The notes beneath the pieces were generated by a model. The model did no database searches. It saw nothing but the letters and a program-made list of their open reading frames with translations, and was not told the DNA's origin. Positions 12,386 through 25,080 of a stretch of 64,000 nt of DNA are shown piece by piece (position 1 is the first letter of the stretch; each line of letters begins with the position of its first letter). A program made the translations under genes and the position numbers. Origin of the DNA: the human T2T-CHM13v2.0 reference genome, Homo sapiens; the NCBI RefSeq assembly GCF_009914755.1, contig NC_060944.1; one strand, 5' to 3'.

Positions 12386-13661
12386 TTGAACTGACAACTC
12401 CCCGGCCCAGCAGCAAGGCCCCTATGCAGACCTCCCCATCGCACAAGCAGTCCTGTGTTTGCAGATTACCCCCAGTTGCCCTGAGCTCTGAGCTCCATGT
12501 GCCGCCAGCTGCTCACAGGCAGACAGCTAAATGATGAGACTGGAGTCCCATCCCAACTCTGGTGCCATCTGATCCCACATTATTATTCTAATTCTGGGTT
12601 AATTTTGGTGCCTGACTTTTTAAATTATTATTATTGTCCTAATTATTTCCTTGAGAGTTCAACTCTTTACTGCTTGACTTTTATAAAGAAATTATATTCA
12701 GCCTCAAATTATAGCATTTGTAAATAAATGAATTTTAACTTAATATATGTGAGCTACAATTAGTCACATTTTCCAGAGGAACCTATGCCAAATATCTGTT
12801 TTATAGGAATATTGTGTCACGAATTTCTCTCCTAATTATGGTTCTGTCTCTCTCTTAACCATTTCCCACCCCACTTTCTAGCTGTCTTTCCACCACCTTC
12901 CTCCCCTTCTTTTCTTCACAGCGTGTAATCTCACTTCAAGGTCTGTCACTTCTCCTTTCTCAGAAGCCTCTCTGAGTTTTACAGCCTCTCCTTACCTCCC
13001 CGCCTCTCCCTGGACCTCTCCCTCTGTCCAACACCATTCTCCTGGACTCAGTTACTTCCCTTCTTGCCTCTTGCCAAACTCTCTGCTATTTTTCTTTTGC
13101 CAGCATATTCTTAGCCTATTTTCTGCCCCCAAATTATACATTCTCTCTCATTCCCTCTTGATATCTTGACCTGAGTTTAACTTCCATTTTACGGGTGATG
13201 AAAGTGAACTGAATGTTGAGTGCTTTAGAGGTGACTCATTGTTTTGGCTAAAGTAGCTTTTGGTCCAGACATTAACATGTATGATAAAGACTTTCTGGGG
13301 ATTCATCCCAACATTCCCACTCATCAGAAAAGCTGGGCTGTGGGATGCTGGAGACAAGCCGCAGCTCAGCAGAAGGCAAAGACAAGGCTGCCGGGCTGTG
13401 GAATCCATGCCCTGGGAGTGGCTGCTGGGCAGGCTTCCATGCAGCTCTGGTGAAACAACACATAGAGACTGTGTGGCTCCAGCTCCCCTCGGTCCCCTGA
13501 GGATGCACTGACCTGCTGCAAATAAAATGACATCCTCCAAGCCCAATTTAAGATTACAGCTTCCAAACCCATCCTGAAATTTCTCCAGATGTCCTTCTTA
13601 TTCATTTGCCCTCCTGCTCCAGGGAACATCATTTTGGTTCCAGGACTTGAACTATTCATTG

Positions 13662-14217
13662 AGCACAGGCAACCAAAGCAAACATGGACAAATGGGATCA
13701 CATCAAGTTACAAAGCTTCTGCACAGCAAAGGAAGCAGTCAACAAAGTGAAGAGACAACCCACAGAATAGGAGAAAAAATTTTGCAGACTACCCATCTGA
13801 CAAGGTATTAATAACCAGAATATAGAAGGAGCTCAAACAACTCCACAGGAAAAAACCTAATAATCTGATCATAAAATGGCAAAATATCTGAATATATATT
13901 TCTCAGGAGAAGACATACAAATGGCAAACAGGCATTTGAGAAGGCACTCAACATCATTGATAAACAGAGAAATGCAAATCAAAACTACAATGAGGTATTA
14001 TCTCCCTCCAGTTAAAATGGCCTCTATCCAAAAGACAGGCAATAACAAATGCTGATGAGGATGTGAAGAAAAGTGAACCCTTGTACGTTATTGGTGGGAA
14101 TGTAAATTAGTACAATCACTATGGAGGACAGTTTGGAGACTCCTCAAAAAACTGCAAATAGAGCCACCATATGATCCAGCAATCCCACTGGTAGGTGTAT
14201 GCCCAAAAGAAATTGAA
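13662..14217 (+). mobile_element. L1MA-type ORF2 3' fragment
   Basis: ggacaaatgggatcacatcaagtt...agagaaatgcaaatcaaaactacaatgag...ccatatgatccagcaatcccact. Confidence 0.9.
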
Positions 14218-14289
14218 GGTGTAAGCTTGGACCATGCACCTGACTTAGACCTTGGCATCAGCCTTCATCATTCTTTGTTTTCTGCCCCA

Positions 14290-14745
14290 GATTCATTCTA
14301 CAACTTTTTCTGCCACGCTGTGTGCTCGAGGAGGATACATGCAGACCACGAGGCTAACTCCAGACTTGCAGGTTTCTGGTTAGGTCTGACCAATAGGCAC
14401 CAGAAGAGCACTGGAGAGCAAGAGTAGAGAGAAACCAGGTGTTTCTTCCTGAATACTTCCCCGTCCCAGTACCTTGTCCTGATGGTGACTGTGTCATCTG
14501 CACATGCAGCTCCCACTGGATGACCTTTTCCACAGCTCACAGCTCACCAGGCTACAGTAAACTTCTCTCACTTTCTGTTCACGAGGCCTTAAGGACAGTA
14601 ACATAACCTCCTGTCGCTGCTGGCTGCAGGTGCTTAACCACACCTGATTTTCTTCCATAACGCTGTTCCTCACCTCTAAATGGTCCTTTCACTAAAGTCT
14701 CTTCATTTAAACCAACTGGGCGAACTCTGTATTGTTCCCTAAACC
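14290..14745 (+). mobile_element. LTR33-like ERVL solo LTR (diverged)
   Basis: ggtctgaccaataggcaccag...cacagctcacagctc...ggtcctttcactaaagtctcttcatttaaacc resembles LTR33. Confidence 0.65.
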
Positions 14746-17235
14746 TTTCCAGCTTCCTGCTACCATCACACCTAACTTTCTATGGGAAGAAGCCCACTGT
14801 GCATTAGGCTGTAGCCCTGGGGGGCCACTCACGTCAGGTCCCTTGCATTAATTCCTCTCCATCTGGCAGTGAAAGAAGTGAGAAAGAGGTGCTCTCTTCT
14901 TGACCTAAGAAACATGGAATCTTGGGTACTTCAGGTAAGGGTAGCTCTCTATCTGCAACTTCCAATTCAATTTGGACTTTAGATCCCATCTCACTGATTT
15001 AGCTGGAAACACATCTCATTAAGTCTTAGAGTGTTACCAATGGGAATTCATCGTGTTTCCAAGCTCTTGAGCTACAAAGTAGCAGGAAGAGGTGTGTGGG
15101 GTGAGAAACTCAGGCATCCTTATCCACCTGCTCAGGCTTCCACGGAAGGCCGCTGCCCCTGCCTTTGGGATAGATTTATGTCCATGGCCACAGCAGAGTG
15201 AGAGAATCTGTGAGGTACCTCATGTCCCAGATGCATCTTTCTGGGGCCAAGCTACCTCCTAGCTTGCTACAGAGAATCCAGCAATCTTCTCCACTGCTCT
15301 AAGTTGGAGAGACCTCCCTTGACTCCTGGACAGCTCTCACTCCCCTATCAGCCTAGGAAAATCTCCTCTCTGTCTCTAGTATCAGAGAAGTTCCTTGCAC
15401 CCTTGTTTCTCCCAGGACCCTTGGCTTCTGCCACAAAATTTCTGTCCATCTCCCTCTTTCACATTTCTTGTGAAATCTTCCAGGAGCTCAGGGTGTAGAC
15501 ACGAAAGCCAGGAAATCTCTTAAGCTTTGTTCTTTCTACCCCCACCTTCATCCTCTGATGCACTGCATGTTTGAATGGGTGGAAGGAGGAGCATACGTTT
15601 AGGAGGAAATTCTGGAAGTAAAGCACCTCAAAAGATTGCCAAGCCCCATGAGATAGAAACCAAAGCTGCCAGGTGGTTCCCAGTGCCTGGAAAATGAAGA
15701 AGCAGAGGCTCCATGCTGGGTCATGACTTCTGTTTCAGCTGTTCCCTGCTTCTGATTTTCACGGGGGCTGATTGCCTGCTTTCCCTAAGCTGTTTCAAAC
15801 TTCTGCAGATTATCGGGATTTTCTGAGCGTATGGCTTACCAAGACAAGCGTCTGGTTGAGCAAAGAATCACACAGTATGTCATCCTCTGCACCTTCTTTT
15901 AAAAATATTTTCAGTCACCTGCCTGAGAGTTTTTCTTAAAAATAATTGGGTCCATCTTTATTCCCAATCTCCCTGTTGTCCACATTGGCTGCCCACTCCA
16001 TCTCCACTGGAGACAGAACCCACTGACACCCCCCCTAATGAATAAACCTGGTCCCCACTCTGAGATCCTACAAACCCACTGGCTGGGGCTAGAGGAGGCA
16101 GTCTGCAGAGCCACAGTGGTGGCCCACGTGCTGGCTCAAGCATCTGGGTGACGCAGTGGCTGTGCGGTGCTGCGATAAATTTGTATCTGACAGCACTGGA
16201 TGCTGGCAGGCAGTAATAGCTCCACGCTGCCTCCAAAAAAACAATTTATGTTTCCAGTTTCGGTTCTGGTATACTCTACCCTGCCAGGTCTCCGTGTGAT
16301 TTATAGATGGAGAGCTTCATACTTGTTTTTCTTAACCAAGATTATTTTGTTGTTTGCTTGCAGATGCTGTGGCATTCCAGTAGGCCTGGGACAAGATGGA
16401 CTGTGTATGTCAGTCTCATTAATGTGCAGGAATGAAGGATCTGCACTCTGTAGGACAAAGCAAAGTGAGAATCATTCGTTGTGGATTTTTGATGATGGCT
16501 CCCAGCATTGTTTGAGCATCTGTGAGCAGCCTCTATCCTGACCTGTGATTTGAATGAAAGTGGGGCCAATCTGTTTTTCCCAGCTGGGCAGACTGCCAAA
16601 AAGCCTGTCAAATGACATTTCACTGTGCCTGTGTTCAACAGCTTTATAGGCTCAAGGATCTAATCTTATCAACGCTCAGAGTGTAAACCTGCCACTCAGG
16701 TACAGATGCACAGTTGCAGAGCTCACAAGATCCAGATGTATAAACAAGGAGGCCATTGAGGAACCTATAGCAAAAACTATAATCCTCAGGTTGACCAGAC
16801 AGCTCACCCTGACATCTTTAGCAAATGACTTTTGTATGCACAAAAAGGATCAAAATCGTCATTTTGATCACAAAGCCTGCTCTGGAGGGCATGAAATCAG
16901 AAGAAAGCGTTGGATCATTCAAGCAGCATCAATAGCTAGAGATCTCCCATCCAGATCCTGGGCAGTTCATAGATGGATGCTTTCAACATTTGCTTCAATG
17001 ACACTTGATATGATATTTACACACTGTCTTCTGACCAACACTTCTCTCTCTTAACTGATTAACACATCTTATTTAAAGCTATATTAAAACCCTAAGTCAA
17101 ATTTTTCCTTGACTTGGGGTCAGTCTATATTGTCATCTCTTCAGATGATGTCGCATAAGTCTTTCCGATGTCATGTTTTTTTTTTTTTAATAGAGCTCTC
17201 TTTCCACAGCACCAGTCATCATTTCTTCCTTCATA

Positions 17236-17348
17236 GGGGTCGCATAATGTTGCCCAGGCTGGTCTCACACTTTTGGCCTCAAGCAATCCTCCCACCTTGA
17301 CCTCCTAAAATGTTAGGATTACAGGAGTGCACCATGGCACCTGACCCA
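17236..17348 (-). mobile_element. FLAM / Alu left monomer
   Basis: tgttgcccaggctggtctc...ctcaagcaatcctcccacc...ggattacagg. Confidence 0.85.
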
Positions 17349-17769
17349 ATGCCATCCATTTTGTGCTAGTTTATTCACTGACTCTCAGAGGGCATTCTTC
17401 CTTATCTACAGCATGTGGGAAGTTGAATCAATATCACCCCAAGAGACGAGTACTTAGCTGGTGGAATCCAAGGTTAGCATTGTTCTGTCTACTCTACTCT
17501 AACTATTGCTCAGGCTCTCCATTTACACTGGTGCATCAACCAGGCCCTCGCTCTCCAGCCCACCAGGCGCCCTCCTCCCCCGCTTTTTAGACAACACTGC
17601 TTTGTTCACCCTGCCAAGGAGTATTGATAGGGAGGGTCCTGCAGGGGTTGAGCCCACAAAGACTCAGGGTCACTATATTCAGGAAAACAGAGCAGGGCAC
17701 TTGTGAATCCACCAGTCACTTCCTTTTTCACCCACAAGACTTGAGGATTATTAGGCAGGTACTTCTACT

Positions 17770-17945
17770 TCATTCCAGGCATTCTGCTAAATACTTTCAC
17801 ATATTGTTTAACTTCAGCCTTACAACATCCCATGGTAGCAAAAGGTCCCAAAACGAGCCCTGTTACTCGCCACAATTTAAGCCTCAGTGAGACCCACCAA
17901 CTTGCCCAAATTCAAACAGTATATCAAGTAACAAAATCGGACATG
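17770..17945 (-). mobile_element. MIR fragment
   Basis: ccaggcattctgctaaatactttcacat...aacttgcccaa. Confidence 0.55.
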
Positions 17946-18459
17946 GCTCAGTTGGGTGCAGTGCCCAAACTGTCACTTGGCAGCGATATCTTTGGTTGGG
18001 ACCTTTCTGTTGATCTTACGACTCTTGCTGTTGCCTCAACTAAATTGGTATAGAACTGGCTTGTTTTTCTCTCAACAGTAACAAGGAAAGCCAGGTCTTC
18101 AGACGTAAAAATGTAAATAATGTGGGATCTCCAAAACCCAAAGCAAACATATGAGAAACTCATGCTGAATATTAGACAGCATGTAGTTCACAGAGCAAGT
18201 TAGACAGGGGACCTCCCCTCAGGGGACTTTTCTGCTGGGCTGGTGTTAGGGAGAGGAGGAAGGAAGGTGGGGAGTTGGTGACATTGGTGCTGATAGAAGG
18301 TCATTTCTGATTTCTGTGAGCTGGTCTTGAGCCAGAGTTCTACTGTTCTGTCTCATCCCCAAGGAAACAATGCCGAATGCAGCCTTATCTTCTATGTCAT
18401 GGTGTCAGTTGATGTCTCTCCTTTATATTATCTGGGGACTTCAAAGGCCTAAGGCCATT

Positions 18460-18925
18460 GAGGAATGGGCTGAGGATATGGAAGAGACGTACATGCAGTG
18501 ACTACCATCACAATATCCAAAATATTGGGGGTAGGATGGAAGTTATTAGGACAGAAATCTTTGTTAATGCTATAGGGATGAACGGGTTCTCCCAGAGAGA
18601 GTGTGCCTGGAGGAGAAACCAGGCCCTGTAAGGATCTGCAAACTTTAATAGCACTATAGAAAAGGAGGCTCTGAATAGGACTCTGAGAAAGAAGGCGGCC
18701 AGGGCGAGCAATGCCAGAGGCTTCCTTATGGAATGTTAGTAGGAGGAGGTGGTGAGAAGCTGAATGCAGCAGAAGATTGGGCAGAGACTGGAATTATGTC
18801 TAATGGATTCAGCAACATTGAAATCGTCAATGGTCTTAAAGCGGTTTCAGAGAAGCCATAATATTGGAGGACTGATTTCAGTGGTTTCAAGGGAGAATGG
18901 AAAGGGAGAACATGGAAACAGTATT
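18460..18925 (-). mobile_element. L2 fragment
   Basis: Purine-rich L2-like text: tggattcagcaacattgaaatcgtcaatggtc...gatttcagtggtttcaagggagaatgg. Confidence 0.6.
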
Positions 18926-19021
18926 TGGAGTGGGAGACCCTAGAACTTGTTTGTACGATGATGCAAGTGACAGTCTGGAAATGCAGCATGTGTGATTTAC
19001 TCCAGAGCACAACAGCATACA

Positions 19022-19068
19022 GTGTATGTGTGTGTTTTGTGTGTGTGTGTGTGAGTGTGTGTGTGTGC
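19022..19068. repeat. Interrupted (TG)n microsatellite
   Basis: gtgtatgtgtgtgttttgtgtgtgtgtgtgtgagtgtgtgtgtgtgc. Confidence 0.9.
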
Positions 19069-20036
19069 ATCTGTTTTAATCTGCACACTGGTGGTCCAAG
19101 ATCCACTTGTGCAGTCCTTAATCAATTGCACTCTCTGTAGGTAGCTAGTTTGCATCTGAAAGACCCAGAGAAGACGGAGCTCACTTTTCAGTGCTTCCCA
19201 TCTCAGTCTATGTGCACAGGAAGGATCATTAGTCAATACGAGGGAAGTGAGAAATCATAGTTTATTTGATGAAGCAGGATTGGTTGGAAATGCTGCACAA
19301 AGCCTGCTGCCATTGGGCACTGCACCATCTTTGCCTTGGAGGAGTTCATGCAAGGCAGCATGCAGGTCACATGGGCATCTCATGCTTGACCGCCCAAATA
19401 TGTTTGCCTGTGAGGGAGAATTTCATTTGCAACTTGACTTCATTGTGAGAGGTTGTGGTGGAACTGAGCTCTCATCTTCCAATAATTTTTGAGGTTACTA
19501 AAATGTTCTCAGAAGGAACTTGGAAAGTTCCGATGGACACGCTGCACAAGGCTTGTGTGGAAGGGGATGAAGGGGACCCTGCAAAGCAAATCATAGTGAA
19601 TGGGTCAGAGGGACTAGGGCACAGCATATACAGGCCTGGGGGCTCACAGGCTTTTTCCTACAACCTCATATTTCTGCTCCAGCCACATTCCCAGGAATAC
19701 TGCCCCAAGGAGAGCTCACACTTCTTCCTGATGATGCACCAGTGCCAGGGCATCCCTGAGCCTTCCTGGTCCACTTTTGAATCTAAGCATTTCTGTCTCT
19801 GACCTGCCCTACCTGCTGCAGACATAGGAAAGGCCCTCCGGCCTGTCACACACAACGTTTCTGTTCCTCAGTAAGACACCAGTGTGTTTCTAGCCTGCCT
19901 TCCATGTTAACTAATTCAATGAGCTTTTGCTCATGTTAGAGTGCAAGCTGGTTTTATGAGACTTCTCCACTGCAAAGAGTAATTTTTTATTAACAATCCA
20001 CAAATGCTTTTAGGAAATGGAATTGCTCAATTTGTC

Positions 20037-20403
20037 TGCTATGGTTTGAATGTGTTCCCCAAAAAGTTTGTGTTTGAAACTTAGTCCCCAATGTAGCAGG
20101 ATTGAGTGGTGGGACTTCTAAGAGGTCATTAGGCCATGAGGACTCTGCCCTCATGAATGTTGTTGTCCTGAGGGTAGGTTCTTTATAACAGAACAAGTTC
20201 AGCCTCTCTCTGTCTCTCTCTCTTTCTCTTTGTCCTTCTACCTTCCACCATATGAGGACACAGTGAGAAGGCCCTCAGAAGATGCTAGCGACTTGATCTT
20301 GAGCTTTTCAGCCACCGGAACTGTGAGGAAATGAATTTATTTTCTTTGTAAATTACCCAGTCTCAGGTATTCTGTTATATTAGCACAAGATGGATTAAAG
20401 ACA
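20037..20403 (+). mobile_element. MST-family (MSTC/MSTD-like) MaLR solo LTR
   Basis: tgctatggtttgaatgtg...aaattacccagtctcaggtattctgtt...aagaca; perfect 5-bp TSD ttgtc (20032-20036, 20404-20408). Confidence 0.92.
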
Positions 20404-20964
20404 TTGTCCTTTAAACAGGATTCTCTAGACTCTCCTGACATTAGATTTAGCCTCTTGATCTCAAAACCAAAAAGATATTCTTGGTTCAAAGGGAATCCCA
20501 GCATGTGAGGGGTGTTTGATGGTGCACATTTTCAAACCACAACTGTTGATGGACAAAAGCCATTGAAGTAGCAACTTCCCTCATTGTCAGGGGCAACTCA
20601 CTCCTCCACTTCGACGATTGTTGGAAGCAGCTCTGGGCTGCAAAGGTTATAGCAAGCATCTCCTTTCCTGTAGGATCCAGAGAAGACGAGGGCTTTCCCA
20701 GACTCATTGAATTTCATAGCAGAGGACACAGGACTGCACTCATGGCTCCTGACTGAATGTTTGAAATTGTATTCATTGAATTCTAAGCAAACATGATTCT
20801 TTGAATAGCTCAAAGGATGCATCATTTGGCTTAAGTTCTGAAATAAATCTCATATAATCAATCTCATATAATCAATGACTTCACTGAAGTAAGCTTCAGT
20901 GAAGATTTTGCTCACAAATATTCTCTAATCTACTTGCTTCAATGTTCCATGTTTAGGAAAATGT

Positions 20965-21120
20965 TAGGAGGGGCTACTTGTTAAAAATACAGATTCTTGA
21001 ACCCCCCAGACTTACTGAATATGAAGACAGATTAGGGCCCTGGAATCCTCATGTTTATGAAATCAACGCTTAAGCTGGTCGATGCGTGCCCAGAGGACAC
21101 ACTTTGGGAAATTCATAATC
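20965..21120. mobile_element. MER5-type hAT MITE
   Basis: cttgttaaaaatacagattc...cccagacttactgaat...acactttgggaa. Confidence 0.6.
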
Positions 21121-21189
21121 TGCTGCTCCAGGTCCACAGGCCTTCTGCAGCATTTCGAGTATTGATGTGCAGTGAAGAGGCCCCACAAG

Positions 21190-21370
21190 CCTGAGAAACA
21201 TGGCTGCAAATCTGACTCAGACGCTTGTCTGCTAATTTTGTGAGCCTCAGTTTTCTTTTCAATTAAATGGGGACAATTGTACTTAAGTTATGACAGTGTA
21301 GTGCCAGTTAAATTAAGCCCTAGATGCTGCTTAGCATGCATGGAGTAGGTGATCAGTAAATGTTAGTTGG
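21190..21370 (+). mobile_element. MIR fragment
   Basis: tgagcctcagttttcttttc...aaatggggacaat...tcagtaaatgttag. Confidence 0.6.
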
Positions 21371-22429
21371 TTCCTTCTATTCAGATCCTCTGAACCATGC
21401 CCCTGGGAAAAAGCTATGTAGTTTCTGACCAGGGCACCTGAAACCTCTCTAATTCCACTGTGAATTTTAAACAGATTCAAGGGGCTGTGAAACTGTGAAG
21501 GGAAACATGCCCACACTGTGGTGAAGGGAAGAGCAGTTAATAAATAAGATAAAATAAAATAAAAGAACAAATCATTACTGCTCAGAGTCAACGCTGCTCA
21601 ATTAAAGGGCCAAGAATCGAATGTAAACAGCTTAGGCAGCTTCCTATTTCTGTCATGCCAGGTGCTCAGGAAAACAAATGCCAATCCCTGGTTCTTGCTC
21701 CAGACACTCTCCAACCCTGACTCCCCAGGACCTCCAACCAACTATGCATAAAGGCTAGAACTGTGTTCCCCTGAGTTGCCTGCATATAGAAGGTGACCTC
21801 AGGTTCCTCTGGGCATGAACCATTCACATTCAGGAGGGACTGAGAGCTGAAGACCCAGCAGCTTACCTGGAGATGCCGTTTAGCAGCTCGATGGTGCAGT
21901 GGGGCGAGGTGTGGGGTTAATACCAAGTGCAGCAAAGTCAGTGTGAATGATCCTCTTCGCTGCATAGATGGGAGGCAGGACCGCCCTGGACTCCTGAGCT
22001 TCACCAGGTGACAGAGACAGTGAATGCTGCAGATGGAGGCAGGTGTGAGATGGGTTCCCTCCATTAGAGGATAAGCACACGGACAGGGAGGAGGGCTCTG
22101 CAGAGAGCTCCTGAGCAGGTGTCAGTTTTTCCTGGGACCTCTACAAGCTCACCATGAGGGCTGTGTGAGGCTGAGGCCAGAGCCCTGGAGAGTCAGGCAG
22201 CAAGCTCCTCTCCTTCAGGCATTCAGCAGATGTGAAATGAGTGTTTTGTGCATCAATGTGGCTCATTTCTAAATAAACTTTTATTGTGATATGATTTCAT
22301 TTCTGAAAGCCTCAGGGCCCATGATTTGGGTGTTTACAGCCTGACTGGAAGATGAGACCTGTGTGTAGCCAACCACGATAGAAGAGAAGCACGGATAACA
22401 GAGGTACAGGGAATGGCAGTGGTGTTGCC

Positions 22430-22855
22430 TGTTGACCTAGGGCATACCTAAGCATCACCTGGGAAGCAGTAGGCATACCATGGCCCTGGGCCCCTAGACC
22501 AGTTAAATCAGGATCCCCGGAAGTGTGGGGTAAGATTGGAACTGTCTTAAGCTCCCAGAGATGTCACTATGCAACTGAGTACTGTTATGTGGTCAGCGTT
22601 CTTACCATCGCTGTACACAAGAACCACCCTGGGGGACTTTGTAGAACCCTTGAGTCAGGCCACACCCCACACCAGCTAAATCTCTGTGGTGAGTCTCAGG
22701 AGCAGTGTGCTGGTGCTTGGTGAGAGCCAGCTGTTCAAATTGCCAGAACTCTAAACCCATTGTTAAACTGTTGGTAGCTTACAATTGGCCACGGTGAGAG
22801 GGCGGAAATTGCCAAGTGCTACAAGTTGGTCTTTCCACCAGCCACTCCCACTCCT
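22430..22855. mobile_element. Cluster of two MER5-like fragments followed by a MER63-like (hAT-Blackjack) fragment
   Basis: atcacctgggaagc...agaccagttaaatcag; aaccaccctggggg...caggccacacccc; then cagtgtgctgg...gttggtagcttacaattggccacggtg...ggaaattgccaagtgctacaa. Confidence 0.55.
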
Positions 22856-23382
22856 TCTGGAGAGCTGGTTGCCAAACATCTGCCACACACCACTGGTCCT
22901 AGACGATAGTACTTTCCATGAGTCAAGAAGAATGGAGTTCGGCTGGAAGAAACAAGGAGTGGCTTTGTCAGTAGGATGTGAACGTGTGAAAGGAAGGAGA
23001 GGCATTCTGGAGAGCAGTCACTGAGGGGCCAGAGGCTGAGTGTCAGGACGTGCACAGTGCACAGAGGAAGCTGGGGTTGCCTGATGGGAACTCACACTGG
23101 GAAGGGAGGATGGGAGGATGCCCTGAAGTGGCTTCAAGGCCAGGTAAGCTCACTTGGACTTTCTTCTCTGAGCAGTCAGGGCCAATGAGGGTCTTAAACC
23201 AAAACAGTCACAGGGACCTGAATAACCTCTAAACTCTAGAAAGACCATGGCTCACTACAATGATGGGTGAAAGTCCTGATGCCTGGCCTCCCAGTGTCTA
23301 ATTCCAAACTCTCACAAGGGAGCAAGGGGGTTCTCAGAACCTGACTGTGGCAAGGCAGTTCATGCAGAGCAACTTCTGCACC

Positions 23383-23650
23383 CAGCAGGGTTGCCGGCCC
23401 CTGAGTTGGAGTTGTCTGCTCACCCCACCCCCATCTTCTCTTGGTACAGCATTCACTCTGAGCCACTTCCTCCAGCAGGGTTGCCAGCCCCTGAGTTGGA
23501 GTTGTCTGCTCACCCCACACCCATCTTCTCTTGTACTGCATTCACTCTGAGCCACTTCCTCCACCAGGCTTGCCAGTCCCTGAAGCGGAGTGCTCCCCTC
23601 ACCCCACCCCTATCTTCTGTTGGTACTGCATTCACGCTGAGCCACTTCCT
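23383..23650. repeat. ~90-bp tandem repeat, 3 copies
   Basis: Units start at 23383, 23473 and 23562 (cagcagggttgcc...cattcactctgagccacttcct); the third copy is more diverged. Confidence 0.95.
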
Positions 23651-23749
23651 TAAAAGTTCAAATGGATTTTTCAACTTGAGGCTTTCACAGAGCCTTATTT
23701 TGTTCTTAACTAAAATATTACTCATGCATTTTCTGTACTAAGATGGCCA

Positions 23750-23975
23750 GGGATCAAGGTGATTAAGAGCATTGATTTGGGGTTCTACTGTACCTGAGTT
23801 TTAATGTTAATTCCAGCACTCTTTAGCTGTTTGATGCCAGTAAGTTAATTTGTCTAAACCTCAGCTTCCCTCCGTGCAAAATGGGGAAAATACTATCTAC
23901 TAGATTTTTGTGTTCTGGGAATGATGTAAACAATGTTGAGGAAGTTCCTGGCATGTAACAGGTGCTCCTAATCCC
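23750..23975 (+). mobile_element. MIR
   Basis: gtgattaagagcattga...cctcagcttccctccgtgcaaaatgggg...ttcctggcatgtaacaggtgctc. Confidence 0.7.
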
Positions 23976-23984
23976 AATGAATGA

Positions 23985-24500
23985 TGTCCCCATTCATCCA
24001 CAAAGGAAGCCAGAAATTTGGGAGTTATCTGACACCTCCCTCCCTGAACTCATCACAATCATGTCCAGCAATCGCTCTCATGGCTGTTCATCCCCCTAAA
24101 TGTCTCTCAAGTTCTTTTACTCCTCTCCGCCTTCACTATTGCTCTCACGGTTGAAGCCCTCTTCCTCTCTGTCATCAAGACCAGATCTGCAGCCCTCTGT
24201 GCAGAAATCTGCTAGACCTTTGCTATGTGCTTATGCCAAGGGGGCAAGCATGTATCATCTTTTGCCCTTTGGCCCCTAGTTGGGTTTGGCCAATGGGATC
24301 TTTCCTACTGGGACCCTGACTTGTTCATCTCCCACCTTCCCTCTGATTCTACCTTTATCCTCTTCCAACAGAACCTTCATGCTAGAGCCAGAGGGATCTT
24401 TACAAAATTAAAACCTATCGTGCCACCTCATGCCCCTGTAATAACTTTCAGCATCCACCAGCTAGAGACCCAAGTCCTCTGGAAGAGCTGAGATTTTGAC
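23985..24500 (+). mobile_element. L2 fragments (with a short LTR33-like piece at ~24240-24310)
   Basis: aagccagaaatttgggagttatctgacacctccctcc...gccagagggatctttacaaaat. Confidence 0.5.
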
Positions 24501-24579
24501 CCAGTCTCATTCTCTTACCATTCCATGCCCCTCAGATGAAATGGAAGTTTCATTTCCTTAAAAGTTACTAATCAAATTG

Positions 24580-25080
24580 TATTAGTGGTTTTAGGTACAC
24601 ACCAATATCATTGAGTGGGTACTTAAAGCCCAAGGAAGCACAAATTTTAGCCCAAGCACCAATTTTATATATAAAAATTATATATAATATATAACTTTGC
24701 ACACATTATATGCAATTTTAGAGATTTTTCATGATTTTTAAAGTATATTAGCTTAAAATCAATGAAACCAATTATTGCACCTGAGTAGGATGACATTATT
24801 TGCATTATTTAACTAGTCAACAAATATAGAATTTAATCATGGATAATTTGAGTCAAGTTCAAATCCCAAATGAAACTGTTACTCTTTACTTTTATTAAAT
24901 TAGAAGACACTTTGATGTAACTGCAAATGTCTGATTCTGCCACAAGTACTGATCTTTCAGTAAAAATATAGACCAAAAATTTGGAAAGATTTCTACCAAG
25001 TCTACTTTGAGTGCTCAGCTAGACTGGAAGATGAAAAGCATTTCACCATTAAAGTTGGACCCAGCGGTCCACTTTGGAAG
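24580..25080 (+). mobile_element. Possible degraded hAT-Charlie 5' region
   Basis: AT-rich segment with aatcatggataa and faint similarity to Charlie transposase N-terminal sequence. Weak. Confidence 0.3.

Noticed and set aside
10682-12446. Multiple 100-178 aa ORFs (HTHIY / VCVYIY)
   Set aside because: Translation artefacts of the TA/TG low-complexity tract and THE1 LTR.
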